From the NCBI GenBank assembly GCA_013697915.1, contig JACCVY010000196.1, forward strand, positions 1,935 to 65,934: a DNA stretch of 64,000 nucleotides. The letters run 5' to 3'. The number at the start of each line of letters is the position of its first letter. The first letter of the stretch is position 1. The notes beneath the pieces are model-generated. The model saw only the letters and a program-made list of their open reading frames with translations. It was not told the origin of the DNA and made no database searches. Below are positions 56,770-64,000 of this stretch, piece after piece. The stretch comes from Blastocatellia bacterium (GTDB lineage: Bacteria; Acidobacteriota; Blastocatellia; Pyrinomonadales; Pyrinomonadaceae). A program made the position numbers and the translations under genes.

Positions 56770-56944
56770 GTTGGTTATTGGCTGTTAGTTGTTAGTAGTC
56801 AGTTGTCAGTTGTCAGTTGTTAGTAGTAGCTGCTCCGTGTCGATTTCATCAATAACTTCGAGTGTTGCGCTACACCGTCCAAGAATGGCCGTCATGAACA
56901 ACTAACAACTGACTACTGACAACATTACTGACTACTGACCAACT
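56770..56944 (-). repeat. long hairpin with stuttering arms (cagttgt/tagtagt words)
   Basis: The left arm (56770-56830) is complementary to 56898-56944 in several registers; the best block I found is 24 of 27. The right arm runs into the last codons of the ABC exporter gene, and the left arm ends 8 nt from the yicC ATG. Confidence 0.65.
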
Positions 56945-58730
56945 CTTCCTCTTCATCCGCAAATTGAAGTTCGTAGAGTTTGCGATACTGTCCGCCTCGG
57001 GCCAGCAGTTCGGAATGCGTGCCAACCTCGGTAATGCGACCCCCTTCCACCACCACGATCGCGTCGGCGCGCCGGACAGTTGAAAGACGATGCGCGATGA
57101 CCATCGTCGTGCGGTTGCGCACCAAGTTCGCGATGGCCTGTTGCACAAAGCGCTCCGATTCAGCATCCAGCGCCGACGTCGCCTCATCAAGGATTAGCAC
57201 CGGCGCGTCAACCAATAAAGCGCGCGCGATTGCCAGCCGTTGGCGTTGGCCGCCGGAAAGAAAAATCCCGCGCTCGCCGACTATCGTTTCATACTTCTGT
57301 GGCAACTCCTCTATGAAGTCATGAGCGAAAGCGATGCGTGAAGCCTCTTTAATTTCAGCTTGCGTTGCCTCGGGTTTTCCGTACGCGATGTTGTGGCGAA
57401 CAGTGTCATTGAACAGCACCGTCTCTTGAGTAACCAGGGCAATCTGCGCGCGCAGACTCGATATGGTCGCGTCCCGCAGATCAGTGCCGTCCCAGAGCAC
57501 CGCGCCCGAAACCGGATCGTGGAAACGCGGCAGCAGCTTCGTAAGGGTAGATTTGCCACCGCCGGATTCGCCAACGAGAGCCACCATTGAACCGGCCGGC
57601 ACAGTGAGATTGATGTTGTGCAGGACGGAACGTGCTTCGTTTGCATAGCCAAACGAAACATCGTTCAGTTCGATTGCGCGCGTCACTGGACCAAGCACAA
57701 CTGCGTTTGGCTTTTCCGGGAGATGCGCATCTTCGTCCATCACTTCCCAAACATGATGCGCCGCCGCCAGCGCTTGCTCCATCGCGTTTTGCAGCCGCGA
57801 GAGCTTGCGCATTGGGTCGTAACTGCGAAAAAGGAAAAACAAGAAAGTCAGAAACTGCGCGGCGTTCATGCGGCCCGAAACAATTTCGCGCTGGCCAAAA
57901 TAGAGCAGACAGACGACAAAGACAACGCCGATCATTTCGATTGTCGGCGACGCAAATCCGGAGATGCTCGCGGTCCGCAGATTCGCCCGCACAATTCGCT
58001 TTGCGACGGTGGTGAAGCGAGCTGACTCGCGAGCTTCTGAACGATATGCCTTAACTATGTTTTGATTTGAGAGGGCTTCCTGCGCTGTGTCTGTCAGTTG
58101 TTTGTTGCCTTCAAAGCTTTCGCGGGAAAGGTTACGCAGCGCGGTGCCGAATCGTGCAGTTAAAACAGCAACGATGGGAGCAATTGCCAGCGAGCCAAGC
58201 GTCAACCGCCAACTGTAGTAGAACGAAGCCGCAAGAAATGCGATCAAGGTAAAGCTCTCGCGCAGCATGTCACGCAGCGTGCTGGTTACCGCGGCTTCAA
58301 TTGCTGCCGCGCTCGACACTAATCTCGAGACGAGGTAGTTCGTGCGATGACGCTCAAAAAAACTGGCGGACTGCGCAAGCAAGTGGCTGAAGAGATCCTG
58401 TCGTAGTTTCAAGACCGCCGACTGTCCGATGCGCGCCATCAGATAGGTGGAAAAATATTCGGCGATGCCTTTTGTCAGCGTGAAGACCAGCAGCAGGACG
58501 GAGATTATCTTCCATGCGCCCAGGCCCGACGGCGGAATGATTCGCTGCAGACCAAAAAGAGTAGGCGTCCGCTGGCCGGTGCCCTGAGCAAATGCTTGAT
58601 CAAAGATGGGAACAATCAGACCGCCAATAGCGCTTTCCAACAGACCAACGACGACCATCGCAAAGGTCGCCAGCGCGAAGGTTTCCCAGTGAGGTTTTAT
58701 ATACCTGAGCAGTCTTCTAAGATCGCGCAT
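56925..58730 (-). CDS. ABC exporter, fused permease/ATPase (MsbA-like)
   Basis: 601 aa with six TM helices, Walker A GESGGGKST, signature LSGGQRQR and Walker B ILILDEATSALD. Confidence 0.9.
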   Translation of the reverse strand: MRDLRRLLRYIKPHWETFALATFAMVVVGLLESAIGGLIVPIFDQAFAQGTGQRTPTLFGLQRIIPPSGLGAWKIISVLLLVFTLTKGIAEYFSTYLMARIGQSAVLKLRQDLFSHLLAQSASFFERHRTNYLVSRLVSSAAAIEAAVTSTLRDMLRESFTLIAFLAASFYYSWRLTLGSLAIAPIVAVLTARFGTALRNLSRESFEGNKQLTDTAQEALSNQNIVKAYRSEARESARFTTVAKRIVRANLRTASISGFASPTIEMIGVVFVVCLLYFGQREIVSGRMNAAQFLTFLFFLFRSYDPMRKLSRLQNAMEQALAAAHHVWEVMDEDAHLPEKPNAVVLGPVTRAIELNDVSFGYANEARSVLHNINLTVPAGSMVALVGESGGGKSTLTKLLPRFHDPVSGAVLWDGTDLRDATISSLRAQIALVTQETVLFNDTVRHNIAYGKPEATQAEIKEASRIAFAHDFIEELPQKYETIVGERGIFLSGGQRQRLAIARALLVDAPVLILDEATSALDAESERFVQQAIANLVRNRTTMVIAHRLSTVRRADAIVVVEGGRITEVGTHSELLARGGQYRKLYELQFADEEEELVSSQ

Positions 58731-58873
58731 CTACTTCGGGAAAGTCTCTATTTAGTCTGTCACAAGGAAGGAAAGACGGCTGTAAAATTAAAGAGCAACT
58801 ATACGTATGAGGCCGCAAAAGCGTCAAGGCGAAGTGATTTGAAGTACTGGTGCAGTTTGCCTGTCTTATCTCC

Positions 58874-58986
58874 TTAGCACCGTCGCTTCAGCGCGGTGAC
58901 CTGCGGCCCGACACAAACCGGAAACCGTTTAAACGGTTTCCTCCCAGGCGTGATCGCGGATCACCGGGCTAAAGCCGCGGTGCTAA
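58874..58986. repeat. composite REP-like element with terminal inverted repeat and a 22-nt perfect palindrome
   Basis: ttagcaccg...cggtgctaa form the termini. ggaaaccgtttaaacggtttcc lies at 58920-58941. Further stem-loops are gtgatc-gcg-gatcac and ggc-taaa-gcc. Confidence 0.7.
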
Positions 58987-59084
58987 TAAGAACAGCGGTT
59001 AAGCTCGGCCCGCGTCAGAACTTGATTTCAACCCCAGACCAAACGCTATGTGCCCTGTCGGTATGAGGTCCTTGCGCGTCTTTC

Positions 59085-59114
59085 TTAGACCACGCCACCA
59101 AACTGAGCTATAAT
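59085..59114 (+). promoter_or_regulatory. candidate sigma70 promoter of the response regulator operon
   Basis: TTAGAC (59085-90), an 18-nt spacer, then TATAAT (59109-14). Confidence 0.45.
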
Positions 59115-59162
59115 TCCGGTCGTTCAATAACCACCTAAATAAACCCGACGGGATCAAGAAAC

Positions 59163-59891
59163 TTGGCACAGCCATCACAGGTAGAGAGCAAGTTCGCAGG
59201 TAAACGCTTGTTGATAGTCGATGACGATGCAGACATGCGTCTGTTGCTGGCGGAATATTTTCGCCGGCTTGGTTTCCAGGTGGATGAGCGCGACAGCGGC
59301 AACGCTGCGCTGCAGCCGGCAACGACGGGGAAATTCGATTGTTTTATTTTCGATGTTTCCATGCCTGGGATGTCTGGCTTTGATCTTTTGAAGCGCGCCC
59401 GGGAACGTGGTGTGCAAACGCCGGCGCTGTTTTTGACCGCGCATGATGCGTTGGATTACAAGGTCGCCGGTTTTGAAGCCGGCGGCGATGATTATCTGGG
59501 CAAGCCTTTTAGTCCGCGGGAACTTGAATATCGGGTCGAGGCCCTGTTGAAGCGCTCAACCTCAGTGGCGTCCAGCACCGATGATGAACGCGTTTCGGTT
59601 GGCGATTTGGTGATTGACAAGCGCCGCCACGAAGTTATTCGCGAAGGCACGCGCATCGATCTTACGCCGCTCGAGTTTCAAATTTTGGAGTTGCTCGCGT
59701 CTGAGCCCGGCCGCGCCTGGTCGCGTAATGCATTACTTGATCGCGTGTGGAGTACTGAGTACGAGGGCTATCAGCGGAACATCGATCCGCACATAAACCG
59801 GTTGCGCAAGAAACTTGAGACTGATCCCAAAAATCCGCGTTACGTGCTCACTGTCCGCGGAGTTGGTTATAAGCTAAATGAAGCTCCGTAA
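59163..59891 (+). CDS. OmpR-family two-component response regulator
   Basis: Receiver domain (LLIVDDDADMR...FDVSMPGMSG) and winged-helix output (HINRLRKKLE...TVRGVGYKL). The apparent start is TTG. Confidence 0.9.
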   Translation: MAQPSQVESKFAGKRLLIVDDDADMRLLLAEYFRRLGFQVDERDSGNAALQPATTGKFDCFIFDVSMPGMSGFDLLKRARERGVQTPALFLTAHDALDYKVAGFEAGGDDYLGKPFSPRELEYRVEALLKRSTSVASSTDDERVSVGDLVIDKRRHEVIREGTRIDLTPLEFQILELLASEPGRAWSRNALLDRVWSTEYEGYQRNIDPHINRLRKKLETDPKNPRYVLTVRGVGYKLNEAP

Positions 59892-59949
59892 CACACACGC
59901 CTTATTCGCCGCCCTACCGGCGGTGTCCCTGGACTCCTTAAAGCGATTC

Positions 59950-60354
59950 TTGAAAGTTAAACCGCTGAGACTTCGTCCGGCCCTGGCTTTGTCATTGATG
60001 CTCGCTGGTTCCGCCTCTGCTTGGGGGCAGCAATCCGGCACTCGTTCAATTTCGTTTCCCGTGTCTATCCATTGGACCAAAGAAAAAGAGGTTGCGAAGT
60101 ATCGCCTTCAAATCGCCGACGATGAAACTTTCCAGAACATATTTTTTGACGGTCGCGTGCCTGGCGAGCGATACACGGTGAATGGTCTGCCGCCGGGCTA
60201 CTATTACTGGCGCACCGCGCCCGCCGATTCTTCTACCGGCCGATTTTCAACGCCGGTAAGGTTTTTTGTTTCCGGCGGAGCGGTGGTGTCGGCAACGGTT
60301 TCGAACAAAGCTGCTAGCCGTCCGCGCGTGCGCAACGCTGCAAACAGCCATTAA
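59950..60354 (+). CDS. small secreted protein, possibly a beta-sandwich (FN3-like) fold
   Basis: A TTG start at 59950 gives a canonical signal peptide, MKVKPLRLRPALALSLMLAGSASAWG. The track ORF starts at ATG 59878, overlapping the regulator stop. It contains YRLQIADDETFQNIFFDGRVPGERYTVNGLPPGYYYWR. Confidence 0.5.
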   Translation: MKVKPLRLRPALALSLMLAGSASAWGQQSGTRSISFPVSIHWTKEKEVAKYRLQIADDETFQNIFFDGRVPGERYTVNGLPPGYYYWRTAPADSSTGRFSTPVRFFVSGGAVVSATVSNKAASRPRVRNAANSH

Positions 60355-60366
60355 GGGGAATTCAAG

Positions 60367-60534
60367 ATGTGGGCGGTTAGCGCATTACTCTTCATAGCCT
60401 GGCTCGTCCTTAAGTTCATTTTGCACAAGGGCGGCTTTGTCCACATCCTGCTGCTTGGCGCGATTTCGGTTTTTGTCGTGCAACTTATTACCTACCGCAA
60501 GACTCGGTATCATCGGCTCTCCTCTGGAAGTTAG
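60367..60534 (+). CDS. lmo0937-family small membrane protein (not in the ORF track)
   Basis: Hand translation gives MWAVSALLFIAWLVLKFILHKGGFVHILLLGAISVFVVQLITYRKTRYHRLSSGS*. It is a two-TM miniprotein with the family's HxGG...IHILL pattern. Confidence 0.6.
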   Translation: MWAVSALLFIAWLVLKFILHKGGFVHILLLGAISVFVVQLITYRKTRYHRLSSGS

Positions 60535-60651
60535 CTTGACCCTTTTCCTACCCCTCGGCAACAATGATCGCGCTTGTTGCATCAACTGAAACAAGGACTT
60601 TTCCTGGGGGATTGAAGATTTTCAGTATTGAATGGCACGAGGATTCTGATT

Positions 60652-62226
60652 ATGACTTCTTATCGACGCTTGCTGCCTGCTCTATTGGTTATTCTGGTGT
60701 GCTTCGCGATTGGTTGCACCGCAATTTCTGCGCAAAGCGACCAGGCGCGCCGGACCGTGGCCGTCACCTATCCGCTCGATGAAAGTGTGACGGTGAAATT
60801 TCGCGGCACAACGCTATTGCCACGATTAAAGGGCGAGGCGAAAGTGAAGCGAGCCGGGCGCCGCGGAACGCGCGTTGAGTTGGCGATTGATAATCTCCCG
60901 CGTGCCAACGAGCTGGGCGGCATTTATACGACGTTTGTTTTGTGGGCCATCTCGCCCGATGGGCACGTCGATAATCTCGGCGAGATCAAAAGAGGTGGTA
61001 GTTCTTATGTCGCATCGAAACTGGACGTGACGACGCCCCTCCAAACATTTGCCTTGATCATAACCGCTGAGCCCCACTTCTTAATGAAAGTTCCCAGCCG
61101 CATGGTGGTGTTGGAAAACATTCCGCCGCAGCGACCCGGCAACAGTCAGGTGGAAACCGTCAGCGTCCAATACATTGGAAACTCGAGCGACTATTTTAGA
61201 GATCCGCGCGTGCCGGAAATTGCCTCGTCGGACTATCGGGACATTCCGGTTTCGCTACTTGGCGCGCGACAGGCTGTGAACCTGGCACGCTTCGCCGGCG
61301 CGCAGCAGGACGCGACGGAGGAACTTGAACAAGCCGAAGCAGACTTGCTGGCGGCTGAAAAAGCGTTGCGGTTTAGTCAACCTGGGGCTGAGGTCGATGT
61401 GCTGGCGCGCAAGGCGACCTCTTCCGCGGCAAAGGCTGAGGAGATGGCCTTCACCCGGCGCGCTGCCCGCCTGCGCCGTGAAGACATTCAGCGTCGCGAC
61501 GAGGCGCTGCGCTCCGCTGAGCAAACTGCGCAGACCGCGCAACAGGAAATTGAACAACTTCGCGGCGCTCTGGATCGCGAGCAACGCGCGCGTGAGTTAG
61601 CAGAACGCGACGCTTCAACGGCCAACCAACAGTTGCGCGAACAAAGAATCGAAGTGGCCCGGCTGCGCGATGAATTGCAGACGGTACGTTCTGAAGGGGA
61701 AGCCGCAAAGGTGAATCTGGCTCGCCTCGAAGGCGAGCGACACGCTGAGCAAGCGCGGTTGGAAGGCGAACAACTTGACCAACAACGGCGCGCGGCGGAA
61801 GCAACCTTGAAAAGTAGTTTGGCAAAGTTTGGTACGGTAAAGGACACCGCGAAGGGGTTCCAACTCTTGCTGCCCGAATCCATCTGGAGCGGTCCACGCG
61901 CAACGACGTTAGTTTCCGCGGCCGCGGCAAAACTTGAACCGCTCGCTGCGTTGCTGGCAAGCAATCCTGATTATCAGGTTGTGATCGAAGCATACACCGA
62001 CGGCAAAGGCGACGAGGTTACGTTGCAACAATTGACGCAGGAGCGCGCGCGCGAGTTGTCTGATCGCTTTCAGGCTGCCGGCGTGGAAGCGGCGCGGCTT
62101 CAGGCCAACGGAATGGGAGCAGCAAATCCGCTGGCTAGCAACACGACAATTGCCGGCAGAGCGCGAAATCGCCGCACGGAAATTACATTCATGCCAACAG
62201 CTGCGCGCAGCGCCGCAAATCAATAG
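60652..62226 (+). CDS. OmpA-family protein with N-terminal beta domain, helical (DUF4398-like)/coiled-coil middle and C-terminal OmpA peptidoglycan-binding domain
   Basis: GAGGA lies ~10 nt before ATG 60652. It has a signal peptide and a long Glu/Arg/Ala coiled coil. The C-terminus reads VIEAYTDGKGD...NRRTEITF. Confidence 0.8.
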   Translation: MTSYRRLLPALLVILVCFAIGCTAISAQSDQARRTVAVTYPLDESVTVKFRGTTLLPRLKGEAKVKRAGRRGTRVELAIDNLPRANELGGIYTTFVLWAISPDGHVDNLGEIKRGGSSYVASKLDVTTPLQTFALIITAEPHFLMKVPSRMVVLENIPPQRPGNSQVETVSVQYIGNSSDYFRDPRVPEIASSDYRDIPVSLLGARQAVNLARFAGAQQDATEELEQAEADLLAAEKALRFSQPGAEVDVLARKATSSAAKAEEMAFTRRAARLRREDIQRRDEALRSAEQTAQTAQQEIEQLRGALDREQRARELAERDASTANQQLREQRIEVARLRDELQTVRSEGEAAKVNLARLEGERHAEQARLEGEQLDQQRRAAEATLKSSLAKFGTVKDTAKGFQLLLPESIWSGPRATTLVSAAAAKLEPLAALLASNPDYQVVIEAYTDGKGDEVTLQQLTQERARELSDRFQAAGVEAARLQANGMGAANPLASNTTIAGRARNRRTEITFMPTAARSAANQ

Positions 62227-62346
62227 GCAGTCGGCAGCAGCAGTCGGCAGCAGTCAAAAAGTGCATCGACGGCCGCTGGCGGTGGTATTTTTCGTTGCCT
62301 ACTGCTGCATTTTTGCCTGCCTACTGCTCCTGCCTACTGCTTACTG
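62225..62346 (+). repeat. imperfect hairpin with stuttering arms (ggcagcagtc / gcctactgc words)
   Basis: The left arm (62225-62255) matches the reverse complement of 62310-62346 at about 23 of 27 positions. The mismatches are transversions. Confidence 0.5.
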
Positions 62347-62350
62347 ATGT

Positions 62351-64000
62351 ATGTCCCCACTTGAAGTCCTACAACTTGTCGGTTACTCAATTGGCGCGCT
62401 GTTGCCCGTCTGGCTGGGCATTCAACTCTTTTCGCGCCGCCGCAAGCTGACCGCAGTTGAACGACTGTTGTTTTTTCTGGCCCTGACGATGGGCGGTTGG
62501 CATGGCAGCAACCTCATCATCACCCTCCATAGCCTTTTTGGTTTCGGTTACGACAAATGGATCACCCTGCTGCGCGCCGCTGACACTGTTTCCGTAATCA
62601 GCATCACGTTTGCTTATTCCTTTTTGCTTCACGTTCATCTCTATCTGTGGGCTGGTGCGTCTAACCGTCCGTTAAAGCTGAGCGAAAAAGTTCGCGTCTA
62701 TCTCTCTTACCTCCCGAATCTTTTCCTGGCCGTTGCGCTCTACAAGATTTGGTTTCGGCCGTACGCGCCGATGATGAGCCGGTTGCATTTTCTAGTCTTC
62801 CCGATGGCGGTCTGGATCACCTATGTGCTGGGCGTGATAGCCATCACCGAACTGCTGATCGCCCGGAAGACGCAGAATCAAAGTGAGCAACGAATCATGC
62901 GCACGCTCGCCGCCTCGTTTGTCGTAATCGGAATCGTGATTCTTGCAGCACTCGCTTTCGGCCTGGGTGAGGGAACTGAAGCCGGTCTCTACTTGAAGAC
63001 AGTTGCGAATCTTGGATCCTTGCTGCCTTCGCTGCTGCTTGCTTATTACATCTATCGTTATCGCTATCTTGAACTGATTATTGAAGAAAGTTTGATTGTC
63101 GCGTCGTTTGCCGCCGTAGTTCTCACCATCTACATCTACGGCATCAAGACGATCGGCGATTGGATGACGGTGCGTTACGGCATCCGGCCGGGTGTAATCG
63201 AAGCGCTGCTAATCCTGGGGCTTGCACTCGCGGCAGCGCCACTGCGTCGCTGGCTCGAGAAACGATTTCATAAACTGTTCGAACGCGAGGCAGCGCTCTA
63301 TCGTCAGGTTGTTTCGCGCATTGGTTCGCAAGCCGGCCAGTACAAACAATTGCCGCAGTTGCTTGATTTTGTTCAGCAACAAACGACCCAGGCACTCGGC
63401 CTACGACGCACGCGCATCGTCCTGCGAGAACGTTTTGTTACCGGCGAGCCTGCGCCGGCTTTTAGCGGCAACAACGATGGCGCCGCTTTCAGCGAAGGCG
63501 TGCTGGAGAACGTGATCGAGCTTGCGCAAGTTGGCAGTTGGCAACCCGTGGAAAATCACCAGGCGCTAGCTAGTCAGGGGTTTGAACTGGCGTATGCCTT
63601 GCGTCGGGACGAACGAGTGTCCGGCGTGCTGTTGATCGATGCCGCCGCGGCGACTCTTACCGAAGACACGCGCTCGGTTCTTGAAGTACTGGCCGGGCAG
63701 GTCGCGATCGCCGTCGAAGACTGCCGTCTCGTGGAAGAAAACGTAACGCTGGAACGAAAACTTGCGGAGCGCGAGCGGCTGGCAGCGCTTGGCCAGATGG
63801 CCGCCACGGTTGCGCACGAAATTAAAAATCCGCTGTCAGCAATAAAGTCGATCGCCCAGGTGATGCGTGAAGACGAGAGCATGAGTCGGGAGTATGCGCG
63901 CGATTTGAGTTTGATTATCGGTGAGACTGATCGCCTGGGCCAGAGCGTTACGCAACTGCTGAGTTTCGCGCGCAGCAAAGCACCGGCAGAGTTGCCTCAA
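62351..64000 (+). CDS. sensor histidine kinase, N-terminal 550 codons (gene runs off the right edge; not in the ORF track)
   Basis: Hand translation from ATG 62351 is open to position 64000. It shows ~6-7 TM helices, a GAF-like region and the HisKA H-box AATVAHEIKNPLSAI near the end. Confidence 0.85.
   Translation, partial: MSPLEVLQLVGYSIGALLPVWLGIQLFSRRRKLTAVERLLFFLALTMGGWHGSNLIITLHSLFGFGYDKWITLLRAADTVSVISITFAYSFLLHVHLYLWAGASNRPLKLSEKVRVYLSYLPNLFLAVALYKIWFRPYAPMMSRLHFLVFPMAVWITYVLGVIAITELLIARKTQNQSEQRIMRTLAASFVVIGIVILAALAFGLGEGTEAGLYLKTVANLGSLLPSLLLAYYIYRYRYLELIIEESLIVASFAAVVLTIYIYGIKTIGDWMTVRYGIRPGVIEALLILGLALAAAPLRRWLEKRFHKLFEREAALYRQVVSRIGSQAGQYKQLPQLLDFVQQQTTQALGLRRTRIVLRERFVTGEPAPAFSGNNDGAAFSEGVLENVIELAQVGSWQPVENHQALASQGFELAYALRRDERVSGVLLIDAAAATLTEDTRSVLEVLAGQVAIAVEDCRLVEENVTLERKLAERERLAALGQMAATVAHEIKNPLSAIKSIAQVMREDESMSREYARDLSLIIGETDRLGQSVTQLLSFARSKAPAELPQ

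Noticed and set aside
56770-56944. Stutter repeats considered as a CRISPR array or minisatellite; the same question applies to 32236, 45742 and 62225
   Set aside because: The repeat unit is only 7-8 nt and there are no unique spacers. The arrays come as inverted pairs that form hairpins, and no cas genes are present. They are not CRISPR.
60385-60594. 69-aa minus-strand ORF
   Set aside because: The plus strand here encodes a much more convincing lmo0937-family two-TM miniprotein (60367-60534), in operon orientation with its neighbours.

Overview
The window is a 64-kb chromosomal segment made almost entirely of housekeeping and envelope genes. It looks like an Acidobacteriota-like soil bacterium, but that is inference from protein styles only: split cytochrome b with a giant multihaem cytochrome c, TonB-like Gly-rich proteins and weak Shine-Dalgarno usage. 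Main blocks, left to right: (1) a pilMNOPQ type IV pilus operon ending in a Roadblock/LC7 gene. (2) On the minus strand, mtgA, two ABC permeases, ubiE and an M16 homologue that lacks the catalytic motif. (3) An ECF sigma factor paired with a zinc-ribbon/TonB-C protein. (4) An aminotransferase, coaD and metH. (5) plsC-like and lipid-kinase genes. (6) An 18-kb same-strand respiratory supercluster: Rieske protein, split cytochrome b, an octahaem cytochrome c, a cupredoxin-like lipoprotein, ctaA, ctaB, aa3-type oxidase subunits II, I, III, III' and IV, then several small unknown genes, DUF420 and a HEAT-repeat protein. (7) An M14 peptidase and an EamA transporter. (8) Pyruvate dehydrogenase E1 alpha, E1 beta and E2. 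(9) A membrane HD-GYP/GAF/GGDEF protein. (10) A DUF255 thioredoxin-like protein, ETF-QO, rpoZ, gmk, yicC and an MsbA-like exporter. (11) An OmpR-type response regulator and a histidine kinase separated by three envelope genes. I recognised no rRNA, tRNA, CRISPR array, transposase, phage gene or known defence gene. The most unusual signal is non-coding. Nearly every intergenic gap carries a hairpin-forming repeat, either a long inverted repeat whose arms are stuttering tandem 7-8 nt words, or a composite of short stem-loops that recurs at several loci. Three real ORFs are absent from the supplied track: two that run off the window edges and two that are under 60 aa (four genes in total, listed in the features). 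No database search, RNA fold or statistic was run; all calls rest on motifs read by eye.
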